Positions 1-9,415 of a stretch of DNA of 32,000 nucleotides are shown piece after piece. Made by a program: the position numbers and the translations under genes. The first letter of the stretch is position 1; each line of letters begins with the position of its first letter. The notes beneath the pieces were generated by a model that had not been told where the DNA came from, ran no database searches, and saw only the letters and a program-made list of their open reading frames with translations. This stretch comes from Acholeplasma laidlawii PG-8A (GTDB lineage: Bacteria; Bacillota_I; Bacilli_A; Acholeplasmatales; Acholeplasmataceae): assembly GCF_000018785.1 (NCBI RefSeq), contig NC_010163.1:1440001-1472000 (forward strand), written 5' to 3'.

Positions 1-697
1 CTGATAAGTTATTAAATGACCAGCTACCACCTAAACTTGGTACCCAAACCATGTAAGAAACTACAACACCTACAAGAACACCAATTAAGATTGGGATTTG
101 TGATACAAATCCTTTCTTTAATATAACTGTCATGATAGCAATTGTTAAGAATGTTACCATAGATACTAATACACTTAACCAATCCACACCATTTGGTCCT
201 GTATTTAATATACCATTCATAACGTTTTCTGATAAGACAAGGCCGATGATCATAGCAATCATACCTGTGATATGACCAGGTAAAATCTTATCAATCTTGT
301 CTTTGCCAAAATGCCTAATTAAAAGGCCCGCTCCAATTGACATTAATCCGCTCAAGACGGAAGCAATTAAAACAGACCCTAAAACTGTAGATGATGAAGC
401 TAGATTGTCAACACCATATGTTACGACAATAGCAACAGCTCCAATATATGAAAATGATGAACCATAATATAATGGGATTTTAAAATTTGTTACCAATAGG
501 AAGGTAATTGTAGCAATCCCGCTTGCTAATATTGCTGCTGGTATGGAATAGAGTTCTAATCCAAAACCATTCATTATGATTGCCGCTAATACGGTTGCTG
601 GTAACATAACCAGAAACTGCTGTAGGGCAAATACAATTGATTTACCTAATGTTGGTTTATCATCAGGTAAGTATCCAACGATGTCTCTTTCTTTCAT
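1..697 (-). CDS. NCS2-family uracil/xanthine-type permease (C-terminus beyond window edge)
   Basis: Open frame on minus from ATG at 697: MKERDIVGYLPDDKPTLGKSIVFALQQFLVMLPATVLAAIMNGFG...; hydrophobic NCS2 signature, no stop before position 1. Confidence 0.85.
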   Translation of the reverse strand, partial: MKERDIVGYLPDDKPTLGKSIVFALQQFLVMLPATVLAAIIMNGFGLELYSIPAAILASGIATITFLLVTNFKIPLYYGSSFSYIGAVAIVVTYGVDNLASSSTVLGSVLIASVLSGLMSIGAGLLIRHFGKDKIDKILPGHITGMIAMIIGLVLSENVMNGILNTGPNGVDWLSVLVSMVTFLTIAIMTVILKKGFVSQIPILIGVLVGVVVSYMVWVPSLGGSWSFNNLS

Positions 698-734
698 ATG
701 TATCTTCTCCTTTGTTTAAAATGTAATTTTTCCT

Positions 735-820
735 AAAAAAAAGACACTTTATCAAGTGCCTAATTAGAAGGTGTGTTCTGTTTCGACCTTAAAGTGCTCT
801 CTTTAGGACTTACATTTCAT
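735..820 (-). promoter_or_regulatory. Candidate riboswitch/attenuator leader of the NCS2 permease
   Basis: Terminator GGCACTT-GATA-AAGTGTC-TTTTTTTT (760-735) competes with helix AAGTCCTAA (811-803) / TTAGG(C)ACTT (763-754), 9 bp with one bulge; nested AAGGT/ACCTT hairpin (790-768). Confidence 0.6.
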
Positions 821-823
821 CCA

Positions 824-852
824 AGTATATCAAAGCTTAAAACCAAATGCAA
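824..852 (-). promoter_or_regulatory. Predicted promoter for the NCS2 permease leader
   Basis: Minus strand TTGCAT (852-847), 17 nt spacer, TATACT (829-824). Confidence 0.6.
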
Positions 853-898
853 GTAATTTAATCAAAAGAAATATTTAATTTTAAAATAGAGGATATTT

Positions 899-1918
899 TT
901 ATGACTCAGTTATCTCAATAACGTTACCATGTGTGCTCATTACATCATCAAAATACATTTCTAAGTTTTCCATATACTCTGCTCTATTGGTTGTACGTGC
1001 TAATTTTGCACGTACTTGACTAGCCTTTGGTAAGCCTTTTAAATACCAAGGACCATGTGAACGCATTTCTAAACATGCGGTATGTTCACCTTTGAGTTTT
1101 GCTAGATCATCAAAATGTCTAATCATTAAAGTTTTAACTTCTTCATATGTACGCACAGGTGTTTCTTCACCATTTAAATATGCATTAATTTCTCTAAATA
1201 TCCATGGGTTACCAAGAGATGCTCTACCAATCATCACGGCGTCACAACCTGTATACTCTAACATATGCTTAGCACTTTTACCATCCACAATATTCCCATT
1301 ACCAATAACTGGAATAGATACTGCTTCTTTAACCGCTTTAATAACATCTAAATCAGGTTCACCTGAATAACCTTGTGCACGCGTACGTGCGTGTACAGTA
1401 ATTAATGATGCGCCTGCTTTTTCAATCATTTTAGCAACCTCAACAGCATTAACAGATTCACTATCCCAACCACTTCTGATTTTTACAGTGACAGGTTTAG
1501 ATACTTTTTCTTTAATAGCTTTTACAATATCATATATTTTTTGAGGATCTTTCATTAAAGATGCACCTGCTTGAGCACCAATTGCTACCTTTGGTACAGG
1601 GCATCCCATATTAATATCAATAAAATCACAATTCGAATTTTTATCAATAAACATGGCTGCCTCAACCATTGTTTCTAAATCACTACCAAAGATTTGTTGA
1701 GCTGCTGGTTTTTCTTCAACCGTCATATAAAGCATTTGAAGTGTTTTAGGATTTTGAAAAAAGATAGCCTTATCAGATACCATCTCTGCAAAAACAACCC
1801 CTGCACCTAATTGACGCGCCATTAATCTAAAAGGATGGTTAGATACTCCAGCCATAGGCGCTAAGATTAATTTGTTTTCTACAACATAATTTCCCAATTT
1901 GAAACTCATATTTATCAC
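899..1918 (-). CDS. dus: tRNA-dihydrouridine synthase (DusB-like)
   Basis: LAPMAGVSNHPFR, DINMGCPVPKV, VTVKIRSGW, ITVHARTRAQGYSG, DAVMIGRASLGNPWIF motifs. Confidence 0.93.
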   Translation of the reverse strand: MINMSFKLGNYVVENKLILAPMAGVSNHPFRLMARQLGAGVVFAEMVSDKAIFFQNPKTLQMLYMTVEEKPAAQQIFGSDLETMVEAAMFIDKNSNCDFIDINMGCPVPKVAIGAQAGASLMKDPQKIYDIVKAIKEKVSKPVTVKIRSGWDSESVNAVEVAKMIEKAGASLITVHARTRAQGYSGEPDLDVIKAVKEAVSIPVIGNGNIVDGKSAKHMLEYTGCDAVMIGRASLGNPWIFREINAYLNGEETPVRTYEEVKTLMIRHFDDLAKLKGEHTACLEMRSHGPWYLKGLPKASQVRAKLARTTNRAEYMENLEMYFDDVMSTHGNVIEITES

Positions 1919-1972
1919 CGAGTGTTATTTTAACATACAATATAGGTTATAATAGGATTTGAGGATTATTAT

Positions 1973-2845
1973 ATGAAAGATTACACATTAATTGCATTAG
2001 CTTACAATCAAGAAATAAGAATTTATACATCTGTTTCAACAAACTTAGTTGAAAAATCTAGGAAGTTACATAAAACACTCCCAACCGCATCTGCTGCAAT
2101 GGGCAGATTTTTAACAGCTTCTGCCATGATGTCTTTAATGTATAAAGACGGTGAAAGACTTACCCTAAAAATAGATGGTGATGGTCCGATTGGACAAATG
2201 ACAGTTGAGGCGAAAAATGGGGTAGTTCGTTCTACAATTTTAAATCCAAATGTCTACCTAGTCTACGGTGAAGGACCTAAGATGGGTAAACTTAATGTTG
2301 GTGCTGCAGTTGGTGCAGGCACATTAAGTGTTACCAAAGACTGGAAAGAAAATTATTTCACCTCAAGTTCTCCACTTCAAACAGGAGAAATTGGAGATGA
2401 TTTCACTTACTACTATGCAACCAGTGAACAAACACCATCAGCAGTTGGTTTAGGTGTTTTGGTATCTCGTGGTAAAAAGGTGATTCAAGCTGGTGGTTTT
2501 ATTATTCAAGTACTTCCACACGCTAGTGAAAAAACACTCAACCAACTAGAATCAATTATTTCAAAAATCAATTCAGTTACCGATTTATTAAAAAGTAACC
2601 ACACACCGGAAGATATGATTAATATTCTATCTGATAACACTGGTGAAATTTTAGAAAAACATGAACTCAAATACCACTGTGGTTGTAGCCGTAAAAAATA
2701 CTTCGATGCACTTTCAAGATTAAACAAACAAGCACTTGAAGATATCTTACACGAAGATGGACAAGCTGAAGTGGTTTGTCAGTACTGTAATAAAAAGTAC
2801 ATTTATACAAGTGAAGATTTAACTAAGATGATTGCTTCAAAATAG
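1973..2845 (+). CDS. hslO: Hsp33 redox-regulated chaperone
   Basis: N-terminal Hsp33 fold residues and C-terminal zinc motif HCGCS...CQYC. Confidence 0.93.
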   Translation: MKDYTLIALAYNQEIRIYTSVSTNLVEKSRKLHKTLPTASAAMGRFLTASAMMSLMYKDGERLTLKIDGDGPIGQMTVEAKNGVVRSTILNPNVYLVYGEGPKMGKLNVGAAVGAGTLSVTKDWKENYFTSSSPLQTGEIGDDFTYYYATSEQTPSAVGLGVLVSRGKKVIQAGGFIIQVLPHASEKTLNQLESIISKINSVTDLLKSNHTPEDMINILSDNTGEILEKHELKYHCGCSRKKYFDALSRLNKQALEDILHEDGQAEVVCQYCNKKYIYTSEDLTKMIASK

Positions 2846-2850
2846 CATTA

Positions 2851-2880
2851 AAAAGGGATGAAAAATTTCATCCCTTTTTT
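2851..2880. terminator. Bidirectional intrinsic terminator between convergent genes
   Basis: AAAAGGGATGAAAAATTTCATCCCTTTTTT; T-tracts on both strands. Confidence 0.9.
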
Positions 2881-2881
2881 G

Positions 2882-3769
2882 TTAGTTTGTATAAATATTT
2901 ATATTGCCTGCACTTGTTATAACATCAACTAAACTACCTGTTCCACTTTGATATGTATTAGATACCTTAGACCCATTAATTCGTGCATCCCCTGCACTTG
3001 TTGAAAGTTTAAACTGATAACTACTTATATTGCTATTTAGCCTTAATAGGACATTTCCAGCAGATGATTTTAATGTATAACTTAAAGCATTCGTCTTTTC
3101 TACTGTTACATTACCAGCACTTACAGTAGCTGTTAAAGTATCAGTTATCTCTACTTGATTTAAATTGATATTACCGCTTTGTCCGGTTAAACTCACTACC
3201 CCTGTTGATACGAGATCAACTAGTTTAATATTACCAGCTGAGACCTTGATATTTATATCACCATAACTACCTTTAATTTCTACATTACCAAACTGCGCTA
3301 TGATGTCTAGTTTTCCTAAAGCCGCATCTACTTCGACATTACCTGCAGCTGTAGATATGTTCATGTCACCTACATAACTTACCGGTAACTGTATAGATAG
3401 TAGTCCATACTCACTTGGTCTAATCCCAAATGAAAACCAGTTGAAGAATTGATTATCTTGACTTAGTATCATATTTAATCTGCCAGCACCATCTACTGTG
3501 ATAGACATTTCTTCTGTTTCTTTTAAGTAATATGTAATATGTGGTTTATCAATAGTATCTGATACTGTGATATCAATATTTCTATATTCTGTTGATACAT
3601 AAATACTATCAAATGTTAAATCAATATCCTCTTCGTAAAGTGTATAGGATGCTTGATCAGTCAGTGAATTTTGAACAGACTCAATACTTGCACCTGTTAA
3701 AAAGCCTGAAATGATTAAACCAATACCAACAATCAGTAAGATATATAAAACTCTAATAACTATTTTCAT
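2882..3769 (-). CDS. DUF4097-like putative adhesin / beta-repeat membrane-anchored protein
   Basis: N-terminal TM segment, then repeated short beta-strand units (SAGNVTV, SAGNIKL, QSGNINLN, SAGNVLLR, SAGNINIYTN). Confidence 0.75.
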   Translation of the reverse strand: MKIVIRVLYILLIVGIGLIISGFLTGASIESVQNSLTDQASYTLYEEDIDLTFDSIYVSTEYRNIDITVSDTIDKPHITYYLKETEEMSITVDGAGRLNMILSQDNQFFNWFSFGIRPSEYGLLSIQLPVSYVGDMNISTAAGNVEVDAALGKLDIIAQFGNVEIKGSYGDINIKVSAGNIKLVDLVSTGVVSLTGQSGNINLNQVEITDTLTATVSAGNVTVEKTNALSYTLKSSAGNVLLRLNSNISSYQFKLSTSAGDARINGSKVSNTYQSGTGSLVDVITSAGNINIYTN

Positions 3770-4329
3770 GCTTTATGTCCTCCACTTACTAAACGGCTAA
3801 TAATCTTAACAGATCCCTTTAATAAATACGTAAATAGATAAGAAATATAGTATAAGATAATCATCGCAAGCGATATTGCTGTAACGTATGCACCAATCAC
3901 CGCAAGTATCGTACCTACATTAGATCCTGATTGTAGCATTTGATACATCAATACAATAAATCCTAAGATACCTGATATACCCACTGCAATACTAGAAATA
4001 ATTAAAGCAAAGACAACTATAATAAACGCTAAGTAAATAATACCTAAAGGTATAAGAATTGGCATTGAAAATAAGAAAATTAATAGTGAACCAATATTCT
4101 TACTTACTTCCTTTTTATTTTCAGGTTCTCTTTTTGAAAGTGCCTGTGGAAAAGCCATACGACTAATCATGCGAATATCATAGCTTTCTATAATACGATC
4201 CATCGCCTCACCATTTTCATAGCGATCTGAAATAATTTCTTCATAATACGCTAGAATCTCATCAATTTCATGTTGATACAATTTTTTTGATTTAAGTTCT
4301 TTTTCTAAATCTTTTAAGAATTTTTCCAT
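3766..4329 (-). CDS. DUF1700/HAAS-type membrane protein
   Basis: MEKFLKDLEKELKSKKLYQHEIDEILAYYEEIISDRYENG plus several C-terminal TM helices; 4-nt overlap with downstream gene. Confidence 0.75.
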   Translation of the reverse strand: MEKFLKDLEKELKSKKLYQHEIDEILAYYEEIISDRYENGEAMDRIIESYDIRMISRMAFPQALSKREPENKKEVSKNIGSLLIFLFSMPILIPLGIIYLAFIIVVFALIISSIAVGISGILGFIVLMYQMLQSGSNVGTILAVIGAYVTAISLAMIILYYISYLFTYLLKGSVKIISRLVSGGHKA

Positions 4330-4341
4330 TGTCTTCCCCCA

Positions 4342-4644
4342 TTAACCCATGATAATGTCATAGATTTTTTTAATGTCTTTCCACTCTTCTAAGTAACTAT
4401 CTATATAGCGTTTGCCGCTCATTGTAATTTTGTAGTATTTTCTATTCCTACCTTGATATATCTCATTATAAGTAGATAATCTACCATCTTTTTCTAGTCG
4501 TCTTAAAACAGGATAAAGTGTAGACTCACTCATTTGAACATATTCATTTAAATCAGACACTAATTTATATCCATAACTTGGTCCCTTGGTTAATAAGGCA
4601 AGTACAAATAATTCTATAACGTGTTTTTTTAGATCTACTGGCAT
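4342..4644 (-). CDS. PadR-family transcriptional regulator
   Basis: LLTKGPSYGYKLVSDLNEY...STLYPVLRRLEKDGRL...GRNRKYYKIT, typical PadR wHTH. Confidence 0.92.
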   Translation of the reverse strand: MPVDLKKHVIELFVLALLTKGPSYGYKLVSDLNEYVQMSESTLYPVLRRLEKDGRLSTYNEIYQGRNRKYYKITMSGKRYIDSYLEEWKDIKKIYDIIMG

Positions 4645-4667
4645 ATGTACCTCTAACTTTCAACTAT

Positions 4668-4696
4668 ATTATATGTCGCATAGTATTATGTGTCAA
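4668..4696 (-). promoter_or_regulatory. Consensus promoter of the PadR/DUF1700/DUF4097 operon
   Basis: Minus strand TTGACA (4696-4691), 17 nt spacer, TATAAT (4673-4668), about 25 nt upstream of the PadR ATG. Confidence 0.8.
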
Positions 4697-4717
4697 GTAA
4701 TATAATAAATAAAAATA

Positions 4718-4757
4718 AAAACCTATAAATCAGTTATCGAATTGATTTATAGGTTTT
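4718..4757 (-). terminator. Intrinsic terminator downstream of maf
   Basis: AAAACCTATAAATCA-N10-TGATTTATAGGTTTT followed by T-rich tract on minus strand. Confidence 0.8.
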
Positions 4758-4765
4758 AGTTAATT

Positions 4766-5338
4766 TCATTTTAATTTTGGCACTATATTAAAGTCTTTTA
4801 GTTTTTCTAAAACTAATTTTAACGGTAAGCCCATGATCGTATGAAAATCACCATCATATTGTTTAATTAATTTAGCACCAATACCTTGAATAGCGTAGGC
4901 ACCGGCTTTATCCATTGGTTCTTTGGTTTGTATGTAACTTTCAATATCTAAAGTACTTAGTTTATTAAAGGTCACACTTGCAGATTCTACAAATACTTCT
5001 TTTTTATCCTTACTTACGATACAAACACCTGTGTAAACATGATGTGTTTTATCGTTAAGTAATTGAAGCATTTTCTGTGCATCTTCTATATCTTTGGGTT
5101 TACCTAAAATTTCTCCATCCACTTCTACAACAGTATCTGCAGTTAGAATAACATCAAGAGGATATTTATGAAGTAGTGCCTTTGCTTTATTTTCTGCAAT
5201 AGTTTCTACATATTTAAGTGTATCACCTTCAAATGCTACTTGGCTTTCATTATAGTCACTTGGCACCAATAAAAAGTCAATACTTGCACTTTCAAGTAGT
5301 TCTTTTCTTCTGGCTGAGCCAGAACCTAATATTAACAT
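4766..5338 (-). CDS. maf: Maf-family nucleotide pyrophosphatase
   Basis: LILGSGSARRKELLE, DVILTADTVVEVDGEILGKPKD, YAIQGIGAKLIKQYDGDFHTIMGLPL. Confidence 0.93.
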   Translation of the reverse strand: MLILGSGSARRKELLESASIDFLLVPSDYNESQVAFEGDTLKYVETIAENKAKALLHKYPLDVILTADTVVEVDGEILGKPKDIEDAQKMLQLLNDKTHHVYTGVCIVSKDKKEVFVESASVTFNKLSTLDIESYIQTKEPMDKAGAYAIQGIGAKLIKQYDGDFHTIMGLPLKLVLEKLKDFNIVPKLK

Positions 5339-5401
5339 AATAATCTCTCCCTATACATGATATAATATTTAGTATATAAATTTGAAAAATGTGGTGAAAA
5401 A

Positions 5402-6622
5402 ATGGCTTTAAAACTGAAACTTGATTCAACAAAATTATATGTTCTTGCAGTATCTGGAGGAGTTGACTCCATGGTATTGTTTGATTTATTTGTTAAACAT
5501 AATCTAAATTTTGTTGTTGTGCATTTTAATCACCAAAAGCGCGCTGAATCTATTTTAGATCACGAACTGGTTGAATCCATGTGTACACTTCATCATATTC
5601 CTTACCATTATATCAAATTAAAAATTAAAAATGGTAATTTTCAGGAAGTGTCACGAAATGCTAGATATAAAAATCTAGAGTTTATTGCAGAACAATATCA
5701 TACACCATATATCGTTACAGCACATCATTTAGATGATTTAGCTGAAACTATTATGATGAAGCTTATTAGAGGTTCTAATCTCTTAGGTTATGCTGCGATG
5801 CAAGAAGTAACCCATATCGATAAATTCATCTATTTAAAACCTTTATTGAACTATAGTAAAGAAGAAATTAGTCTTTATCAACAAACACATCAAATTAAAT
5901 TCTATGAAGATCATACAAACTTAGAAGATACTTACTCAAGAAATCGAGTAAGGCATCATCTCATCCCTTTATTAAAGGAAGAAAACGATGTTTTAACACA
6001 TTTAAAAAACTTTTCTAAACAAAGTTATTTAGCAGCATCCTACATTAGGAAGGAGTCCAATAACTTCTTAAGTAAGGATTTATCTTTTCATTTATCGAGT
6101 TTTGATGCACTACATGATGCTGTTAAAATGGACGTTATTTCCTTAATATTTGAGTCTTTAAAAATCGATAAAACATTTAAGAAAATTGAAACTATTTTAG
6201 CACAATTAAAGTCAATAAAGCCTAATATTAATATCACGCTTAATAAGCACTATCATATGATAAAAGCCTATGATTTTGTCTACATAGAGCATATTGATAA
6301 AAATAAGACTCGAAATGATGAGAATTGTCTCATGATTTCCCACAATAAAGTAGACCTCCCGAAGATTTGGGTAGAATTATGTTATAATAAACTGGATTTT
6401 CCTATTCAATTAAGGAAGCGTAAACCGGGGGATCGTTTATCCTTTACCTACGGTAGTAAGAAATTAAAGGACTATTTAATTGATAAGAAGATTGCAATTA
6501 GTGATAGAAATAATCTAAATGTCGTTGTGGATAGTTCCGGTACCATTTTATGGATACCTGGACTTTATTTAAATGAGACCCTAGGGTCAGAACATAAAAT
6601 TTACTTATCTATAAAGGAGTAA
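5402..6622 (+). CDS. tilS: tRNA(Ile)-lysidine synthase
   Basis: PP-loop AVSGGVDSMVLF, HFNHQKR, TAHHLDDLAETIMMKL; RKRKPGDRLSF C-terminal motif. Confidence 0.93.
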   Translation: MALKLKLDSTKLYVLAVSGGVDSMVLFDLFVKHNLNFVVVHFNHQKRAESILDHELVESMCTLHHIPYHYIKLKIKNGNFQEVSRNARYKNLEFIAEQYHTPYIVTAHHLDDLAETIMMKLIRGSNLLGYAAMQEVTHIDKFIYLKPLLNYSKEEISLYQQTHQIKFYEDHTNLEDTYSRNRVRHHLIPLLKEENDVLTHLKNFSKQSYLAASYIRKESNNFLSKDLSFHLSSFDALHDAVKMDVISLIFESLKIDKTFKKIETILAQLKSIKPNINITLNKHYHMIKAYDFVYIEHIDKNKTRNDENCLMISHNKVDLPKIWVELCYNKLDFPIQLRKRKPGDRLSFTYGSKKLKDYLIDKKIAISDRNNLNVVVDSSGTILWIPGLYLNETLGSEHKIYLSIKE

Positions 6623-6628
6623 CTAAAT

Positions 6629-7168
6629 ATGCATCAAGATATTCTAGAAGTACTTGTAAGTGAATCACAGATTAAAGAGATTACAGAAAAGTTAGGCAAG
6701 CAACTCACTCATGATTATGCTGGTAAGAACGCATTATTTGTAGGACTATTAAATGGTTGTGTACCATTTATGTCTGAACTTGTCTTAAAAATTGATACGC
6801 ATATTGAAATTCAGTTCATGGCAGTATCTAGTTATCACGGTGGTATTAAGTCTTCTGGAGATGTTAAAATCAAATATGATTTAAACAGTCCAGTTCAAGA
6901 TAGAGATGTTGTCATCGTAGAAGATATTGTTGATACCGGTGCAACTTTAAAAACAGTTACTGAATTATTAAAATACCGTGGTGCAAAATCAGTAAAGGTT
7001 GTTACTTTATTAGATAAACCTTCTGGTAGAAAAGTTGATTTTATACCAGATTATATTGGAGTTACTATCCCTAAGAAGTTTGTTGTGGGATATGGACTAG
7101 ACTACAATGAATATTATAGAAACTTACCATACATCGGGGTATTAAAACCCGAAGTATATACAAAATAG
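6629..7168 (+). CDS. hpt: Hypoxanthine phosphoribosyltransferase
   Basis: DVVIVEDIVDTGATLKTV PRPP motif; GYGLDYNEYYRNLPYIGVLKPE. Confidence 0.95.
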   Translation: MHQDILEVLVSESQIKEITEKLGKQLTHDYAGKNALFVGLLNGCVPFMSELVLKIDTHIEIQFMAVSSYHGGIKSSGDVKIKYDLNSPVQDRDVVIVEDIVDTGATLKTVTELLKYRGAKSVKVVTLLDKPSGRKVDFIPDYIGVTIPKKFVVGYGLDYNEYYRNLPYIGVLKPEVYTK

Positions 7169-7180
7169 GAAGGAAACAAT

Positions 7181-9106
7181 ATGAATAAACAACAAAAACC
7201 TAAAAGAAGCCCGCTTCGTCCGGACTATCTTGTAATTGTAATTATTATACTTTTAGCAATTGGTATGTACTTCTTCTTTACAGAGATGATGGCACCAAAA
7301 GTTAAACAGTTTGACGAATTTGAATTTATAGCAGCAATCGAATCAGGACAGATTGCAACTGTACGAAGTGAATATGTCGGTGGAGATAACTTTAACCTAT
7401 GGGAAGTTACCGGTACATTTACAACAGGTAACGCTCCAGAAGGTGTCGGAAGTTATGTCATTATACTTTATGGTGATAGGTTAAACAACATCCAAGACAT
7501 CATCATTACTTATAATGAGTTAAACCCAAGTACACCAATCACAGTATCATTTGTTCCACACGTAAGTGTTGATTTCTGGAATATTATCTCAACCCTTCTC
7601 TTGATTGCAGCACCTATTGTTTTAGTCGTTATTATGTTTAGATCGATGAGTTCTCAATCTAATAAAGCTCAAGATTTTACAAAAAACCGTGCCAAATTAT
7701 CTCAAGGTAGAAAAGTTAAGTTTTCTGACATTGCTGGTGCTGATGAAGAAAAAGCTGAAATGGCTGAATTAATCGACTTCTTAAAAAATCCTAAGAAATA
7801 TGCTGATATGGGTGCTCGTGTACCAAAGGGTGTCTTATTAGTAGGTCAACCTGGTACAGGTAAAACCTTATTAGCTAAAGCAGTTGCTGGTGAAGCACAA
7901 GTACCATTCTTCTCAATTTCAGGTTCTGATTTCGTTGAACTTTATGTTGGGGTTGGTGCAAGCCGTGTTAGAGATTTATTTAAAGTTGCAAAACAAAGTG
8001 CACCTTGTATTATATTTATTGATGAAATCGATGCTGTAGGTCGCCAACGTGGTGCTGGTATGGGTGGCGGAAATGATGAAAGAGAACAAACATTAAACCA
8101 ACTACTTGTTGAAATGGATGGTTTTAGTGCAAACTTAGGTATCATCATTATGGCTGCAACAAACAGACCAGACGTATTAGACCCTGCATTATTAAGACCA
8201 GGCCGTTTTGATAGACAAATTACAATGCAAGTACCTGATCAAAAATCACGTGAAGAAATCTTAAAAGTTCATGCACGTAGTAAAAAATTAGATCCTACGA
8301 TTAAATTTAGTGAAGTTGCAATGCGTATCCCAGGATTTACTGGTGCTGATATTGAAAACTTACTAAACGAAGCAGCATTATTAGCAGCAAGAGAATCTAG
8401 AACAGTCATTTCAATGCAAGACATTGATGAGGCAGCTGACCGTGTAACTATGGGACCTGCTAAGAAATCTAGAAAATACTCACCAAATGAAAAGAAAATG
8501 GTTGCCTACCATGAAGCCGGTCATGCGGTTATTGGATTAAAGGTTAACTTAGCTTCTACTGTTCAAAAAGTAACAATTGTCCCACGAGGACGTGCTGGTG
8601 GTTATGCACTTTATACACCAGTTGAAGAAAAATTCAACTATGCTAAAAGTGAGTTACTAGCAATGATTACTTCTGCCTTAGGTGGACGTGTTGCTGAAGA
8701 AATTATGTTTGATGATGTTACAACCGGAGCATATGATGACTTTAAACGTGCAACCAAGTTAGCACGTAGTATGGTTACAGAATACGGTATGTCTGATCTT
8801 GGACCTATCCAATATGAATCAGATAGTGGAAACGTCTTCTTAGGTAGAGATTACTTAAAAGATAAAAACTTCTCTGATGCAGTTGCACTTGAAATCGATA
8901 GAGAAGTTCGTGCAATTATTACTGAGTGTTACGAACATGCTAGAAAAGTCATTAATGAAAATAAAAATTTACTAGATAATATCGCTAAATACTTAATCGC
9001 TGTAGAAACACTTACTAAAACTGATATTGATGAAATAGCAGCTACTGGACAACTTCAATGGTGGGATAACCGTGAAGTTGAAGAAGATTCTAAGAAAAGC
9101 GAATAA
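7181..9106 (+). CDS. ftsH: ATP-dependent zinc metalloprotease FtsH
   Basis: Walker A GQPGTGKT, Walker [16 protein letters not shown] region, HEAGHAV zinc motif, N-terminal TMs. Confidence 0.97.
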   Translation: MNKQQKPKRSPLRPDYLVIVIIILLAIGMYFFFTEMMAPKVKQFDEFEFIAAIESGQIATVRSEYVGGDNFNLWEVTGTFTTGNAPEGVGSYVIILYGDRLNNIQDIIITYNELNPSTPITVSFVPHVSVDFWNIISTLLLIAAPIVLVVIMFRSMSSQSNKAQDFTKNRAKLSQGRKVKFSDIAGADEEKAEMAELIDFLKNPKKYADMGARVPKGVLLVGQPGTGKTLLAKAVAGEAQVPFFSISGSDFVELYVGVGASRVRDLFKVAKQSAPCIIFIDEIDAVGRQRGAGMGGGNDEREQTLNQLLVEMDGFSANLGIIIMAATNRPDVLDPALLRPGRFDRQITMQVPDQKSREEILKVHARSKKLDPTIKFSEVAMRIPGFTGADIENLLNEAALLAARESRTVISMQDIDEAADRVTMGPAKKSRKYSPNEKKMVAYHEAGHAVIGLKVNLASTVQKVTIVPRGRAGGYALYTPVEEKFNYAKSELLAMITSALGGRVAEEIMFDDVTTGAYDDFKRATKLARSMVTEYGMSDLGPIQYESDSGNVFLGRDYLKDKNFSDAVALEIDREVRAIITECYEHARKVINENKNLLDNIAKYLIAVETLTKTDIDEIAATGQLQWWDNREVEEDSKKSE

Positions 9107-9111
9107 ATACT

Positions 9112-9360
9112 TTGAGAATCGATAAATTTTTAAAAGTATCACGCTTAATTAAACGACGTAGCGTGGCTAAAGATGTTGCAGATGCTGATCGTATTTATGT
9201 AAATGGCCAACTAGCAAAACCTGGTAAAACAGTTAAAGTCGGTGACCAAGTTCAACTGCATCTTGGTTTAAAAATTATTACTATTGAAATAACTTCACTC
9301 ACTTTACTCAAAGACCAAGACATGTATACACTCATTTCCGAAGAAAAACGGTCTTTATGA
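9112..9360 (+). CDS. Small S4-domain RNA-binding protein (RqcP/YabO-like)
   Basis: MRIDKFLKVSRLIKRRSVAKDVADADRIYVNGQLAKPGKTVKVGD S4 fold. Confidence 0.85.
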   Translation: MRIDKFLKVSRLIKRRSVAKDVADADRIYVNGQLAKPGKTVKVGDQVQLHLGLKIITIEITSLTLLKDQDMYTLISEEKRSL

Positions 9361-9415
9361 TCGTTTTTTAATGGAAATTATAATATAATAAGTAAGAATA
9401 AGGAGGAAATCAAAT

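Noticed and set aside
741-852. PyrR-binding or guanine/adenine (purine) riboswitch assignment for the NCS2 leader
   Set aside because: The leader has AGUCCUAAAGAGAG, only loosely like the PyrR consensus (UCC-N-G-N-GAGG), and lacks the matching GG arm. It also lacks the purine riboswitch core (UAUA, UUUCUAC, GACUA). Left unclassified.
1092-1370. Plus-strand ORF inside dus (and similar antisense ORFs in dnaX, mnmE, ftsH, fba, the DHH genes and 28969..29298)
   Set aside because: Antisense shadows of strongly conserved coding genes in AT-rich DNA; low-complexity translations and no supporting context.
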